From Macrostomum hystrix (Eukaryota; Animalia; Platyhelminthes), in assembly GCA_950097015.1 (NCBI GenBank), contig CATNEN010000011.1:744001-808000 (forward strand): a stretch of DNA of 64,000 bases. Reading direction: 5' to 3'. The translations under genes and the position numbers were made by a program. Below are positions 14,901 through 27,499 of this stretch, piece by piece. Each line of letters starts with the position of its first letter. Position 1 is the stretch's first letter. Below the pieces are notes generated by a model. It worked only from the letters and a program-made list of their open reading frames with translations. It ran no database searches and was not told where the DNA came from.

Positions 14901-16015
14901 GCTTGTCGTGGGCCTTTGAGCATCCGCCGCGGCCGGCCACTCGCGACCCGGGCCTGGCCGAGATGAAGCAGCGCCTGCGTGCTCAGCTTCGGGCGCCTGG
15001 CGCCGACCCGCCGGATTTCGTGCGCCAACTTCGGCGAGCGCTGCACGCCGCTGAGGAGCGACCACGCAACGAGGCTGAAAGAGAGCTGCGGCGACAGCTG
15101 GCCGTGTCAGCAGCTGCAAAGGAAGTGCAGCAGCAGCAGCAGCAGGATCAGCAAGGACTGCAGATTGTCGCCCGAAAATCGAAGATCGGTTCGGCGCCAA
15201 CCGCCATCGATCCGCGGGCGAAAATTATCGGTGAACGCGCCGTTCAATTGGAACGACGTCGACTTCTGGGCGATGATGCCAATGTCGATGAAGATGACGA
15301 CGCTGACGGCATCGCTGAGGCGGCCATCCAAGACGACGACGATTCGGCGCGCGAAGCCGCCGCTCGTCAGGCGGCTCAGCGCAACATTCGCTCAGCCAGC
15401 AGCGTCGGCTTCGCTCGTCTCGCTACCGACAGCCGACGCCGACCGGCCACTGCGACGACGACAAGCGCCACCCAGCAGAGTCGACACAGCGCCAATCTTC
15501 GGTCGCACATTCCGCAGCCAGAGCTGGTCAGGCCGCTGTCTTCCTCGACAGCAGTCAGCGAGCAGCGCCGTCAGCGCCATCCGGTCGCAATGTCGACATC
15601 TTCCTCTCGCCCCGCTACGGCGACAGCTTCAGCTGCGATGACTCCCTCGCCGATGCTGGCGGCAGCTTCGCCATTGGCGCGTCAGGAGGACCTGAAGGCC
15701 CTGCTGGCACTGCGTCGCGCTGCCTTGGCCCAGCAGCGTCGGGACCGAGGAGTTGCGCCACTGTCCAGCAACGCCAACTCGCCGATGATGGATCCATTCA
15801 GGCAGCGAGGCGGCCTGGTGCTCAGGACTCTGTCAGAAACCTCGGTGTACATCGGCGCCATCGAGGCCGAATTTGGCCGACGTCAGGCCGAAGCCGAGGT
15901 GCGCGAAGAGCGTCTCCGGCGTCAGCGTTGGCTGCGCTACGCGCGGTCAGTGTCGATCGGCGACGCGGCCGCCGCTCAGATCGCGTCCCGACCGAAGTCC
16001 GCCGCGTTTTCCTGA
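2579..16015 (+). CDS. FBXW10: F-box/WD40-repeat protein 10-like (FBXW10/CDRT1 family), 8 exons, ~1368 aa
   Basis: Exons 2579-3100, 3182-4063, 5682-5935, 7329-7660, 7791-7939, 9127-9269, 9971-10129, 14350-16015; all GT-AG with matching phases, total 4107 nt. N-terminal CxxCxxC and [18 protein letters not shown] motifs, F-box ([19 protein letters not shown]), [13 protein letters not shown] motif, WD40 repeats ([55 protein letters not shown]) and RGNSRSDPI motif, as recalled for FBXW10 orthologues. Start codon not certain. Confidence 0.88.
4640..5258. repeat. Minisatellite, 12-bp unit CTGTCTATCACA (FBXW10 intron 2)
   Basis: About 50 tandem copies, visible directly. Confidence 0.97.
5985..7300. 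repeat. Minisatellite, 20-bp unit CTCCCCGTCTATCCAACTCT (FBXW10 intron 3)
   Basis: About 65 tandem copies filling nearly the whole intron. Confidence 0.97.
8115..8975. repeat. Minisatellite, 12-bp unit ATACCTGTCTCT with ATATCAGCCTTT variants (FBXW10 intron 5)
   Basis: Tandem copies with recurring variant blocks. Confidence 0.96.
9395..9948. repeat. Minisatellite, 24/25-bp unit CTGTCACTCA(G)CCAATTCACTCTA(A/G) (FBXW10 intron 6)
   Basis: About 22 copies ending ~20 bp before the acceptor at 9970. Confidence 0.96.
10945..11385. repeat. Compound minisatellite: 19-bp GATGCTAGTCTAACAGGTA changing to 12-bp AACAGCTAGTCT
   Basis: Two array types share the GCTAGTCTAACA core. Confidence 0.93.
11945..12012. 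repeat. (GCT/GGT)n then (GAT)n trinucleotide microsatellite
   Basis: Visible directly. Confidence 0.85.
12320..13192. repeat. Minisatellite built from GATCC(C/A/T) subunits, ~18-20-bp units (CTGATCCCTGATCCCCAT)
   Basis: Visible directly; FBXW10 intron 7. Confidence 0.94.
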
Positions 16016-17659
16016 CTGCTCCGCTTCTAAAAGACGTTTTTTCGCACTTCATTTCTTGCTCCAGAAATTTGTAGATACAGAAAATCTCCGTCCGCCAGTG
16101 TGTTTTAAATTTTCGTCACATTTTTGCTTTAATTGTAAATCCTGCTATGATTTCGATAAATTGCTTGTAGATTTTTTAGATAGACTTTTGAACTCCCGAC
16201 CACTTTTAGACTTCTTAAAGTGTTTAGGAAATGTAGAAAAAAAAGTACGAGCAAAAATTAAGCATATACGAGCGTAGTTAAGATTTAGGATTTCTCAATC
16301 TGAAAATTTATATCAGACTTTCGCATCTGAAGAGAATTAGCTATTTTATATCGGGCGTAAGTGCCTTTACATTTAAAGGATTAGATTTCTAAGCGGCATT
16401 TCTACTCGGAATTCTAGGATGTTTTATGTAATTTACTCCCAAAAATGCACGGGGAATATTTCCCTCCGTCTGGGACTACCTATCGGGGATGTCTGAAATG
16501 TGAGTAATTTCAATGTTAGCACTGAAAAATCTCCAAGATAATGGATAATAGATTTGCATATAAATCTAGCACACAAATGCTATGTCATAGATGGCACTGC
16601 ACCGCCATCGCCAATCCGATAATCTTGCGGTGCACTGGCATGAACAAACATTCTTCCCTCTTTCTCCGATTCCCCAAGATTGCCTAATCTCCGGCCCAGC
16701 TCTAAGACTCGATCTTGAGATCGCCCGCGAATCGCGCCTTGTCATTCCAGCATCGATCTCCACCTCTTTGATAAGCGAAGCGAGGCGAGGATCACCCGCG
16801 TCCAGGTGAGGATATTTGATTGGGGAGACAGTCTAGGGAATCCTTCTAATCCTCTTTTAGCCCCCTGGCGAGGCGCCATTTTCAGCCTCCCTTTCAAGTC
16901 TTCGGAATCCCAATCGAGAGGGAGTCCATTGTGCCCAGAAATCCCCGCCCAACGGCCCCCCTGGCATCGTTTTTTGTTGTATTCGACTCGCGGCGAAAAT
17001 CGAACGATTTGAGAAGCTACTCAACTCTAGAGAAGAGTGGGACAGGCTGCTCAAAACTGGCCCGTATACCCAGGAGATGGACGGGGAGCAGCGGACATTG
17101 GACTTCCTCAGCGACGGTCAAGCTCCGCTGGACTTCAGTCAGCTCAGAGGAAGGCAGTGGGAGAGCAAATAGGACTGAGGGCCCCTGCCTACCCGCACTT
17201 CAAGATTGATGACACCGCCAATGGCTTATCAGTTTTCTTCCGCAGTTTTTATTTCCGCTTTTCCTCTTTCTTTCATCTCAATCCCTGGGATGTGTCATCA
17301 GGAATGGGTGTCAGATTGATGCTGCTCCCAACTGGTTGCCGTGCGAGTGGGATTGTATCCCTCCTGTCCTAAAAATCAAATATGTTCTCGTAATTTGCTT
17401 GCACTTTTGCTACAGCTGGGCTGTGCCTAAGCCAATTCTGCGTGCGAATGAATAAACTAGAGAATTTGCGATTCGGTCTGTTGCCTTGGTACACATTTTC
17501 TTAGATTTGAAACTCACGCTGTGCTCGTTTATTTAACAAACTGAATTTATTGCCGAATATAACAACTCTTTAACTCTAAGGATGAATGGAGTACGTTTTC
17601 TAGAAACAGATAAAATGGAAACCCACATAATTCCTTTTAGTCCACTATTATCCGTAAAG

Positions 17660-18826
17660 GATTGATTAGCGATCCATTCCACTCCTTTGATCCAATAGAT
17701 GATAGATTAGCAATCCATTCTACTCATTTGATCCAATAGATGATAGATTAGCAATCCATTCTACTCATTTGATCCAATAGATGATAGATTAGCAATCCAT
17801 TCTACTCATTTGATCTAAAAGATGATAAATTAGCAATCCATTCTACTCCTCTGATCTAATAGATGATAGATTAGCAATCCATTCTACTCCTCTGATCCAA
17901 TAGATAATAGATTAGCGATCCATTCTACTCATTTGATCCAATAGATGATAAATTAGCAATCCATTCTACTCATTTGATCCAATAGATGATAGATTAGCAA
18001 TCCATTCTACTCATTTGATCCAATAGATGATAAATTAGCAATCCATTCTACTCATTTGATCTAAAAGATGATAAATTAGCAATCCATTCTACTCCTCTGA
18101 TCCAATAGATGATAGATTAGCGATCCATTCTACTCATTTGATCCAATAGATGATAGATTAGCAATCCATTCTACTCATTTGATCCAATAGATGATAGATT
18201 AGCAATCCATTCTACTCATTTGATCCAATAGATGATAGGTTAGCAATCCATTCTACTCCTTTGATCCAATAGATGATAGATTAGCAATCCATTCTACTCA
18301 TTTGATCCAATAGATGATAGGTTAGCAATCCATTCTACTCATTTGATCCAATAGATGATAGGTTAGCAATCCATTCTACTCCTTTGATCCAATAGATGAT
18401 AGATTAGCAATCCATTCTACTCATTTGATCCAATAGATGATAGATTAGCGATCCATTCCACTCCTTTGATCCAATAGATGATAGATTAGCAATCCATTCT
18501 ACTCATTTGATCCAATAGATGATAAATTAGCAATCCATTCTACTCATTTGATCCAATAGATGATAGATTAGCAATCCATTCTACTCATTTGATCCAATAG
18601 ATGATAGATTAGCAATCCATTCTACTCATTTGATCCAATAGATGATAAATTAGCAATCCATTCTACTCATTTCATCCAATAGATGATAAATTAGCAATCC
18701 ATTCTACTCATTTGATCCAATAGATGATAGATTAGCAATCCATTCCACTCCTTTGATCCAATAGATGATAGATTAGCAATCCATTCCACTCCTTTGATCC
18801 AATAGATGATAGATTAGCAATCCATC
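17660..18826. repeat. Minisatellite, 41-bp unit GATTAGCAATCCATTCTACTCATTTGATCCAATAGATGATA
   Basis: About 28 tandem copies. Confidence 0.97.
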
Positions 18827-19499
18827 TTATTCCAATATTACTTGAGTAGAATTGCGATCTACTTGCAGAATAGTGCATTATCAAAAGGACTAGGTTGTGA
18901 TCCAGATCCAAGGCATCAGACAGGCATGACTGAGTCGCCCCGCCTGCAGCCTCGGGCAGGCTATTGATGCCGCGGATGTCTCGCGGGCCCTCTGAAACAA
19001 CACGGCCTGGGTGACTGCGGCTTGACTCTGTTGAATAATAAAACAGCGGAGAAAAAAGTGTGCGGCGGATTCAAGCGCAGGGGGGTGTGCGCTAGGAACT
19101 TGCGTAGTAGCGAATTAATAATTAACGCCAAGGGAGCGGCAGGCATTCCGTCTATCGAAGTCCAATAGATGCCTACGCGATTTCTTATAGAGTGCGTCTA
19201 TAGCTGCAGTGAGCATGAATATTGACCGGCTTTCATCCGAACATTGTCACCTGGTCAAGTCTGAATTCACTCTGCGTCAGATTCAACTTGCCTACTACGC
19301 GGTTTGAGAGGGCCGGATATTGGATGTCATAGCATGGATATAGCTAACTAAATTGTATTTGGTTCGCAGATGCTAAACTGCAATAAAAAGTGATGCCGGT
19401 GTATCGATTCAATGCTGTGTTGACCTTGATTGAATAACTCTATTGGATTGTGCTTTTAACAATAAAGGCTATAAGTTAATAGCTTAGCACAATGCTAGT

Positions 19500-20560
19500 G
19501 AAATCATGAGTTATTGGTGAGTGGATTGCTAGTCTAATCATGACTTATTGGTGAATGGATTGCTAGTCTAATCATGACTTATTGGTGAGTGGATTGCTAG
19601 TCTAATCATGACTTATTGGTGAGTGGATTGCTAGTCTAATCATGACTTATTGGTGAGTGGATTGCTAGTCTAATCATGACTTATTGGTGAGTGGATTGCT
19701 AGTCTAATCATGACTTATTGGTGAAAGGATTGCTAGTCTAATCATGACTTATTGGTGAGTGGATTGCTAGTCTAATCATGACTTATTGGTGAGTGGATTG
19801 CTAGTCTAATCATGAATTATTGGTGAATGGATTGCTAGTCTAATCATTAATTATTGGTGAATGGATTGCTAGTCTAATCATGACTTATTGGTGAGTGGAT
19901 TGCTAGTCTAATCATGACTTATTGGTGAGTGGATTGCTAGTCTAATCATGACTTATTGGTGAGTGGATTGCTAGTCTAATCATGAATTATTGGTGAATGG
20001 ATTGCTAGTCTAATCATGACTTATTGGTGAGTGGATTGCTAGTCTAATCATTAATTATTGGTGAGTGGATTGCTAGTCTAATCATGAATTATTGGTGAGT
20101 GGATTGCTAGTCTAATCATGACTTATTGGTGAGTGGATTGCTAGTCTAATCATGACTTATTGGTGAGTGGATTGCTAGTCTAATCATGACTTATTGGTGA
20201 ATGGATTGCTAGTCTAATCATGAATTATTGGTGAGTGGATTGCTAGTCTAATCATGAATTATTGGTGAGTGGATTGCTAGTCTAATCATGAATTATTGGT
20301 GAGTGGATTGCTAGTCTAATCATGACTTATTGGTGAGTGGATTGCTAGTCTAATCATGACTTATTGGTGAATGGATTGCTAGTCTAATCATGACTTATTG
20401 GTGAATGGATTGCTAGTCTAGTCATGAATTATTGGTGAATGGATTGCTAGTCTAATCATGAATTATTGGTGAATGGATTGCTAGTCTAATCATGACTTAT
20501 TGGTGAATGGATTGCTAGTCTAATCATGACTTATTGGTGAGTGGATTGCTAGTCTAATCA
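19500..20560. repeat. Minisatellite, 34-bp unit GGATTGCTAGTCTAATCATGACTTATTGGTGAGT
   Basis: About 31 tandem copies. Confidence 0.97.
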
Positions 20561-23500
20561 TCCTGGACTATTTAGCAACAAAGTACTGGCTTTGATGGGA
20601 ACTATTAGTTCTATTTATTGTATTCTCAGAATGCTAAAGTCAGTTAGCTCATCAAATCGGTGGCACCGCATGGCTGACTGCTTCGACCGCGAATGACCAG
20701 CCTTGTGGAAGAAGCTGGCTAGCTCGGGTTAATTAGTGAATTTGTGAATCGCAAAGGATAATGGCTTTGTAAAGCCAGCGGTCGAAGGGAAAGTCAAGGT
20801 GAATTTGTGCTTGCCTGTGTGGCTAAAAAGCGCATAACACACCTACGAGCGTCACAGCACTGGCACATCAAATTGAGCATAGACTCATAAAGATAGGAAA
20901 AAAGTAGAATGAAGCGGGGAGTGCCAGAACCCACTGCGGTTGGCTGAAGCATTGCGTGCGGTCACACATGACAGGCGGGGGATGGGTGGGGTGGTCGACC
21001 CGCCCAGCTCCATCTATGAGTCGCATCTGAGCAGCGTGCCATAATTCCACCGCTCCCCTGTTTCCCCCATCCGACCCCTTAGCCAGAACGCGTCTAAACA
21101 CCTTTTTGATTCTAAGCAAAAGAAGCAATATAGATTCGATCATTGGGTGATTTCTTTGCCTAATCTCACCGGACTAGTCTGCAACACAATGCTTATCAAT
21201 CGGAGAAATAGCTACGACAGGTGAGTGGGCACGTAATCTGGTTCGCTCTTTCGGAGAAAATTACCCAAATCAATCTGCCGAAGCATTTTGGAAATTTGAG
21301 AACAGAGCGGAGCCTCGAGTCACATAATGTGTGACCAGGATAAATGGCTAGCTAAGTAGCTACTCAGTGTAAATACCTAATTTTATCATTATCACTTCTT
21401 CTAATAATAGTACACCGTTCGTGTTGTTGGCTATCAGCTCTAAACTGCATTATGGGCAAATCCATCGACACTATAGTTCAAAAAAGCAACTGGGGGGGGA
21501 GATAATAGTCACACGTCTCCCCCAACCTGCTCATGCAGTCAGATTTTGCTGATTGGCAATGGGCGTTCCTAGATAAAATGTAGTCCTGGTGGGAATACGG
21601 ACTCTGTGAGAAATAACTGTCAGGACTGACAGGTCCTGGGTGGACACTGCACAAACCCACGCGGAAAGCCAGGGTGCATGGATGAGTTGTGATGACGAGT
21701 GATCTCTGCATTATTTTATAATGTACGCTTAGGGCCAGCAATCAGGCTAAGCTATCAGTCCCCCCATAATTTTATTGCCAGAATCAATGTGAGGGTCAAT
21801 ATAATAGAGGCAGGAACTATGTTAAAAATGATGGCGTGCCGTGTGCAATTATCTTAGATTAAAACACTTCTGTTAATGAAAGAAATAAATGATAAGTGGA
21901 CCCTGGATCTCACTTTTAACTTGTACATTGTGGCCCTGTACATGGCCTGCACCATCAACCCTACTTTTCTATCCCTCTCGTCCATGATCTTGCACGAGAC
22001 GAGAGCCAATCAGACTCGCTTGAACTTGAAGAGGTTTTCTAGATAACTGTAAGTGTTCCAATTTATTGCCAGAATGAGTATGACTACAGCTTGGGCTTAA
22101 GGTAATTAATATGACATTACATAGTTATGATAAAGATTAAATTTAACTTAAACTTAACTTAAATTTAAATTAAGTTTAAACTGAGAATTCCACAAAAAAG
22201 CAATCCCATTTTTCTATCCCCTCTTCCGATAGCTGGCAAAAGCTGAAGACCAATCAGAAACGATTGACCTTGGAGTAGGCTTTATGGAAATTTTAACTTA
22301 GTTTTCAGCTGTTGCGGGCTAATATCTTTCAGTTGAAATCGATAGTATCACCTGCAGATAAATGCATGCAATAAAACAAAAAATAATGGATAGCTATAAT
22401 GAAACGATAAAATTGACGTTTTACAGACTTAAAAAAATCGATCTCATTTTTTCTTTGTCAGTCAGAGCAGATTGACCACAACATTATCCCGCGCCTAGAT
22501 CAGAATGAAGGCATGCAGAAGAGAAATAGCATTGCCAGTTTGTTTTCCCTTGGAAAGTTGAGTCGACTTCTCATCTTGCAACGCATTGTGCCCCATCACC
22601 CATCGCGATCGCTGAAAGTCCAGACCGGCTCAGCCGGACAGACTACTATACAAATCTCTGATGGGACTTTCTCCCATCATATACTACACTAAGCCAATGG
22701 TCTCTTCCCAGTACTTGAGCAGGCCCACCCTAGGGCATTGAGAAGGTCGGGTTGGGCGAAGGAAGCCAACCTTCAAGATGGGTTAATTGAAAACTGCATC
22801 TCCTCTCCCTCCCTATTGCCTCTAGGAACTCCCATTATAGAGAGGCCTGGCGCATGAAAAGATTGCGCACAGGAGAGCTCTAGAGAGATTTTTTCAACTA
22901 AAAACTGCCGAGGAAAAGGTTTCAAGCATTAAGTCAGGGCAAAGCCGACCATTGGGATCCGATTTTGAGTAACTCTTTATCACCCACTCTTACTGTTCTC
23001 TCTTGCCCTTTCTAATACGACCCTCGGTTGCCCTTGAGCGATAACTAATTGGCTGATGAGGCTCCGGCATTGCGGCAAACTCCCCTCCTGGAACTTAAAG
23101 CAGATGCAAGTCCCATTAGAGAGCTATTCTTTTTCCAAGAGTCTAGCGAAAACTCACGACAAAATCACGCCACTCGCAGACTGCCATATAGAATGAGGAA
23201 AGCGCAGAAGAGTTGAAAGCAATAATCTGCGTGACTCGCACTTTTCTGCGGTCACCTGCCGCTCCGCTCGCCATCTGGCAAGAGGGGCGCGGCCCACAAG
23301 AACTTTAACCAACCAATCCCCCTCACAACGGCCCAGGAAAGTCTTGAGTTGCAAAAAAACCGCAGTCAGCCACTAAAACTCGTCTCGTGGCCTGGCAGCG
23401 TGAGTGCGTGTGTTGTGTGTGTGAGGGAACTGAGAGGGCCAGAGATGGGAAAGAGAGTTTGAGGTCTGATCTGAATTTCTGCCGGGATGTCCGACCCTCC

Positions 23501-24749
23501 CGGAAGCGGTTGAGAAAGAATGAAAGCGTGAGAGGTAGAGGGAGATGGGGGAGAGCGACGCAGACTGCAGAACAAACTTTTCTAAGCTGGTCTCAGCTCT
23601 CACTGCGTGGCTGGCATTCACTCCGCTGTGTTTGTGCTACAGAGCGTCTCCCACCCCACCTGCCCACCTGCCCTCGCTACCGGAGTCGAGGTGCGGGACT
23701 CAGTTTTCTGACCCATTGTTCCCAAGCTTTGAAAAGTCCCCCATCCATGGTTCACAAAGCAATCTGCACATCTGCTTCTAGACTTTTTCCCTTCTAAAGC
23801 TCGTGACAGGAAATCTCGCGACGCGGGAAAATGGGAAGAATGGGGGCAGTGCCCCCGCAACACAAGGATGTGGATGAGGGGACAGTTCTCCTCTAGCTAC
23901 CTATGGTGCAGATTAAAACAACGGATCCTAACAAGCGAGTGTTTTGTTGTCGCATTCTGTCAGACCTATGACTGTCAAAAGAAACATGCTTTTCAATTGT
24001 ACTGTAGCTGTGGTCTGTCGAGATTTCCTGGTGACCAAAACTGCCTCTGTATTTGACGTTTGAGTTGTCCAGTGTCCTGTCTTTCTGTCTCAAACTCGAG
24101 TGTGTGTTTGCAGGAAGCTTCATACGAGTATGGAACCTACGTAAGTTCTGTAAGATTAAAAAAATCCGTTTATACTTTTGTAATTCTGTGACTCTGCCAG
24201 TAGGGCCATATGTGTTGGCTGTTCTGTTCTATCCTCAGCAAGCCAATGCGAGCAACTAGTTCTAACCAGTTTCGAATGATTCACGAATCAAAACACTCGA
24301 TCAAATAAATGAACAATACTCTTGAAGTACTACTTGATCCGACTTGATTCGAGTTCAGTTAGTTTAGTTAGAAAAATGAGTGAATGATTCTATAGAATTA
24401 TTGATTCGAGCCGTTGTGTCATGTGATTTCAATCATGTGCTTATTCAATTGGGCTTCACTTGTTCCTAGTTCAATCAATTGGTTCAGTAGGCATTCAGAG
24501 GTTGCATAGGACTTTGTTTCAACTTGTAGCAATTCTTCAACACCCGACGACTAAAGCCATGCAGCTTCGTGTTACTCACAGTAGTTTCAACCTTCTCAAG
24601 GTTTGAAACCTCTAAGCATTGGCACAGCGTAACTCCTGTTTCAACCAATGAAGACAGATACTCAACTCTACGAGAGTAGTTTGAGCGAATGCAATTCGCC
24701 AGGACATAAGAGCTGAGGCTAACTCTATCTCCCCATCTTCGAACATCTT

Positions 24750-24958
24750 TGTCGTAGTTTGCACGAAGCGGTCTAACGAACGAACTTTGTTCGAGCAGTA
24801 AAGAGAATTTATTCTAGCATACTCGTAGCAATTAACATAAGTGAGAGGCTGAGAACGAAAGCTTAAGAATGTATAGTCGGTTGCTAACATTGACATTACA
24901 AGGAAATGTTTTGGGTACAGTGCAACAACGCTAGCTCTAGCTAGCAGCCACAACCACA
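24750..24958 (-). repeat. 3' LTR of the Gypsy element
   Basis: TGTCGTAGTTTGCACGAAG...GCTAGCAGCCACAACCACA on +. Confidence 0.93.
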
Positions 24959-25009
24959 TGTCCCCATCTGCAAAGGGAGAATGTGGTAAAACATTAAAAC
25001 AAACAAACT

Positions 25010-27430
25010 TTAAGAACTAGCTAGTAGACTTCGCAAAATCAGTGAAATAACGCGATCACGAGTCCGAGCCCATGTCACAAAGCGATTTGGGGGGATTCCA
25101 CACCCTAGTGCTTCTTCTCGTCGAATCTCCTCTTCTTCCTCGCCGGCTTCAGAGGCAGGAGCCAGCGGGCAGAATTGAACGTTTGCAGCCAGTTGCAGTT
25201 TGATGCCCGTCACTAGCCAGGAAGTGTTGCGCCCCTGCGACATCAAGAACTCAGCTCGAGAGCTGGTGGTGTCGCTGTGGGCCTTGTTATGCTCCGCGTC
25301 GCCCTGCTGAAAGGTGGAGACCACCGGAACTCGAAGTCGCCGTCCTAGCACGAGCTTGGCAGGTGTTCGTCCGCGTGAAGTTGAAGAATTGCGATGATGT
25401 AACAGAGCCTTCTGCAAAAAGGCGATAAAGCTGCCATGTGTTAGACGCTGGGTCCATGCCTGCAAGGCCTTCTTGATAGTCTGGACGGCTCGCCCGGCTG
25501 CACCATTAGAAGGGGAATATGGAGGTCTCTCCATCTTACGAGCACCGTTCTTTTCCAACCAGGCCTATAGTGGAGCCGAAGTGAACTCCGCTGCGTTGTC
25601 CGATTCAACCAGCTCCGGAACACCAAAGCGAGTAAAAACTGTTCGCAACGAGTTGATGACACTGTCTGCTGATCCGTCTTTTGTCGGGAAAGCTTCTATC
25701 CAGCCAGAGTACGCATCAACCACGATGAGGATGTTGCCAACGGCTGGTACAAAAGCCCAGTCCATGTGCACTCTTTGAAATGGAGCCAAGTGGAAAGTGG
25801 CCAAGTGTCCCGAGTTTTTTGCAGACGAGGTCTTAACTGAGTGCATGCTGGGCATTGATAAACAAATTGCTCTAAAGGCTGCCTCTGCTTGTGTGCAGTC
25901 TCGCCAGTCACCAGACCGAATGCGGCAAACTATTCGTTCAAGGAGTCTTTCTGACTCAATCTCGGATACTATTCTGTGTGGATCGCTTGTTGTGGATTCA
26001 AAGGCAGTACAGTTTACCGCGCAAAAGGTGCTGCTAGGCTCAAGATACGCGTTTTCGAACCGGAGTCGGAAGAGCGCGTCGGCATGAGGAATTTTTGCCC
26101 CTTGTTCGTATTCCGGAGTGAAATCGAATTGCATTAGAAACAGCTGACAGCTGCCCATCGGCTGATTCTGGAAGAGGTCTCAATGAAATGCTGCCACCAA
26201 AGAGGCGAAGCAACGGTTGGTGAGCAGTTCCAATCGGGAATTTTCTGCCTTGCAGATAGTGTTTAAGCCTTATGGATTGCCCAGAAAGTCGCCAGGGCTT
26301 CTCGTTCGATGTTTGAGTACGATGTTAGCTTCTGTGGATGAGAGAGTCCTGGATATGTAAATCATGGGGTGCCCATCCTGGGTCAAAACAGCAGCAGGCG
26401 TGCCTTTGGAGGCGTCAGTGGTGAGAGTGGCCTCTTTTTTGAGGCTGTATGGCTCCACCACAGGACTGGATGAGATTTCTCGCTTGAGCCACTCAAAAAT
26501 GCAAACACACTCGTCGGACCAGACAAATGGTAAGTTTCACTTTCGTAGGCCGCTAAGTGTAGCGACTTTGGCGGGGAAATTTGGTATCATACGGCCAAAA
26601 AAATTACTAGGCCAAGGAACAGCTTAACTTCCGTCTTGGAGCTGGAAGCGGCGATATGACGAATCTTGTCAACTAGACGGTCATCAGGCTGAATTCCAGA
26701 TGCGGAGATTTTGAATCCAAGAAAGGAAATTTCATCGCATATATTAATAGATTTGCTTTCGTTGATGGTCATATTTTTTCTCTGCGAGCCTGGTTTTGAC
26801 CGCATTCAGCCGCTTCCCTAGTGCTTTGGAATTCTCTGCAAAGACTAGGACATGATCTTGGTAGACAAGGATGCCCTTGAGGTCAGATAAAATACTCTCC
26901 ATGGCTCTTTGGAAAATGAAGGAGGCATTTTTCATGCTCATTTGTAGGCGTTTGACACGGTAGAGGCCGCGTGAAGGATCACTGACAGTTCCTCCGTAGA
27001 TTCATCGAGTGCTATTCGCCAATAGGCAGAGCGCAAGTCTACCTTCGGAAACATTTTAGCGTTCTTGAGCTTGGCAAACAGGTGCTCAATCGAAGGGACT
27101 CTTTGGTAAGACTCCGACTTGATTTTCCCATTGATGGCAGCAAGCCATCTTTCTTCTTAACCCAAACAACAGGCAATGCGTTGCTTACCGGGCCCTCCCT
27201 CAATGGGCTCGATGACGCCCAACTGCTGCAGTCTCTCTAGCTCGGCATTCACTTGCGGCTCCAGTGCAAGTGGAACTGGGCGAGCGCGATGCCCTTTGAT
27301 GCCCTTCATGGTCGGCAGTGGTTCATTGGTAGGCGCAGCTGTGGCAGTGGTGGCTGCGTGGAATGCGGCGTCGCCATCTAGAAGATTGCGTCCTACCAGG
27401 CCAAATGTCTTTGAAGATGACACCACCATC
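25010..27430 (-). pseudogene. Gypsy pol remnants (RT, RNase H, integrase), frameshifted
   Basis: ARPVPLALEPQVNAELERLQQLGVIEPI, FQRAMESILSDLKGILVYQDH (catalytic YxDD mutated to YQDH), EISFLGFKISASGIQPD, LTTDASK..AVLTQDGHP..YISRTLS, PFQRVHMDWAF..LIVVDAYSGWIEAF, FGVPELVESDN, PPYSPSNGAAGRAVQTIK. Confidence 0.9.
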
Positions 27431-27499
27431 AGCTCAGCTGGATGAATTCGAACACGCGTATCTCGAAGGTGGTAGACAGCTTTCCCAAGGTCTTTAGGA

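Noticed and set aside
14321-15797. Antisense and alternative-frame ORFs over FBXW10 exon 8 (similar cases over the EAAT, EXOC7 and Gypsy coding regions)
   Set aside because: Shadow ORFs expected in GC-rich coding sequence.
17660-20560. CRISPR-like regular repeats
   Set aside because: Units are directly adjacent with no unique spacers, there are no cas genes, and the context is eukaryotic.
21490-21767. Possible MITE with GGGGGGA..ATAG / CTAT..TCCCCCC ends
   Set aside because: The inverted match is short and low-complexity, and no TSD was found.
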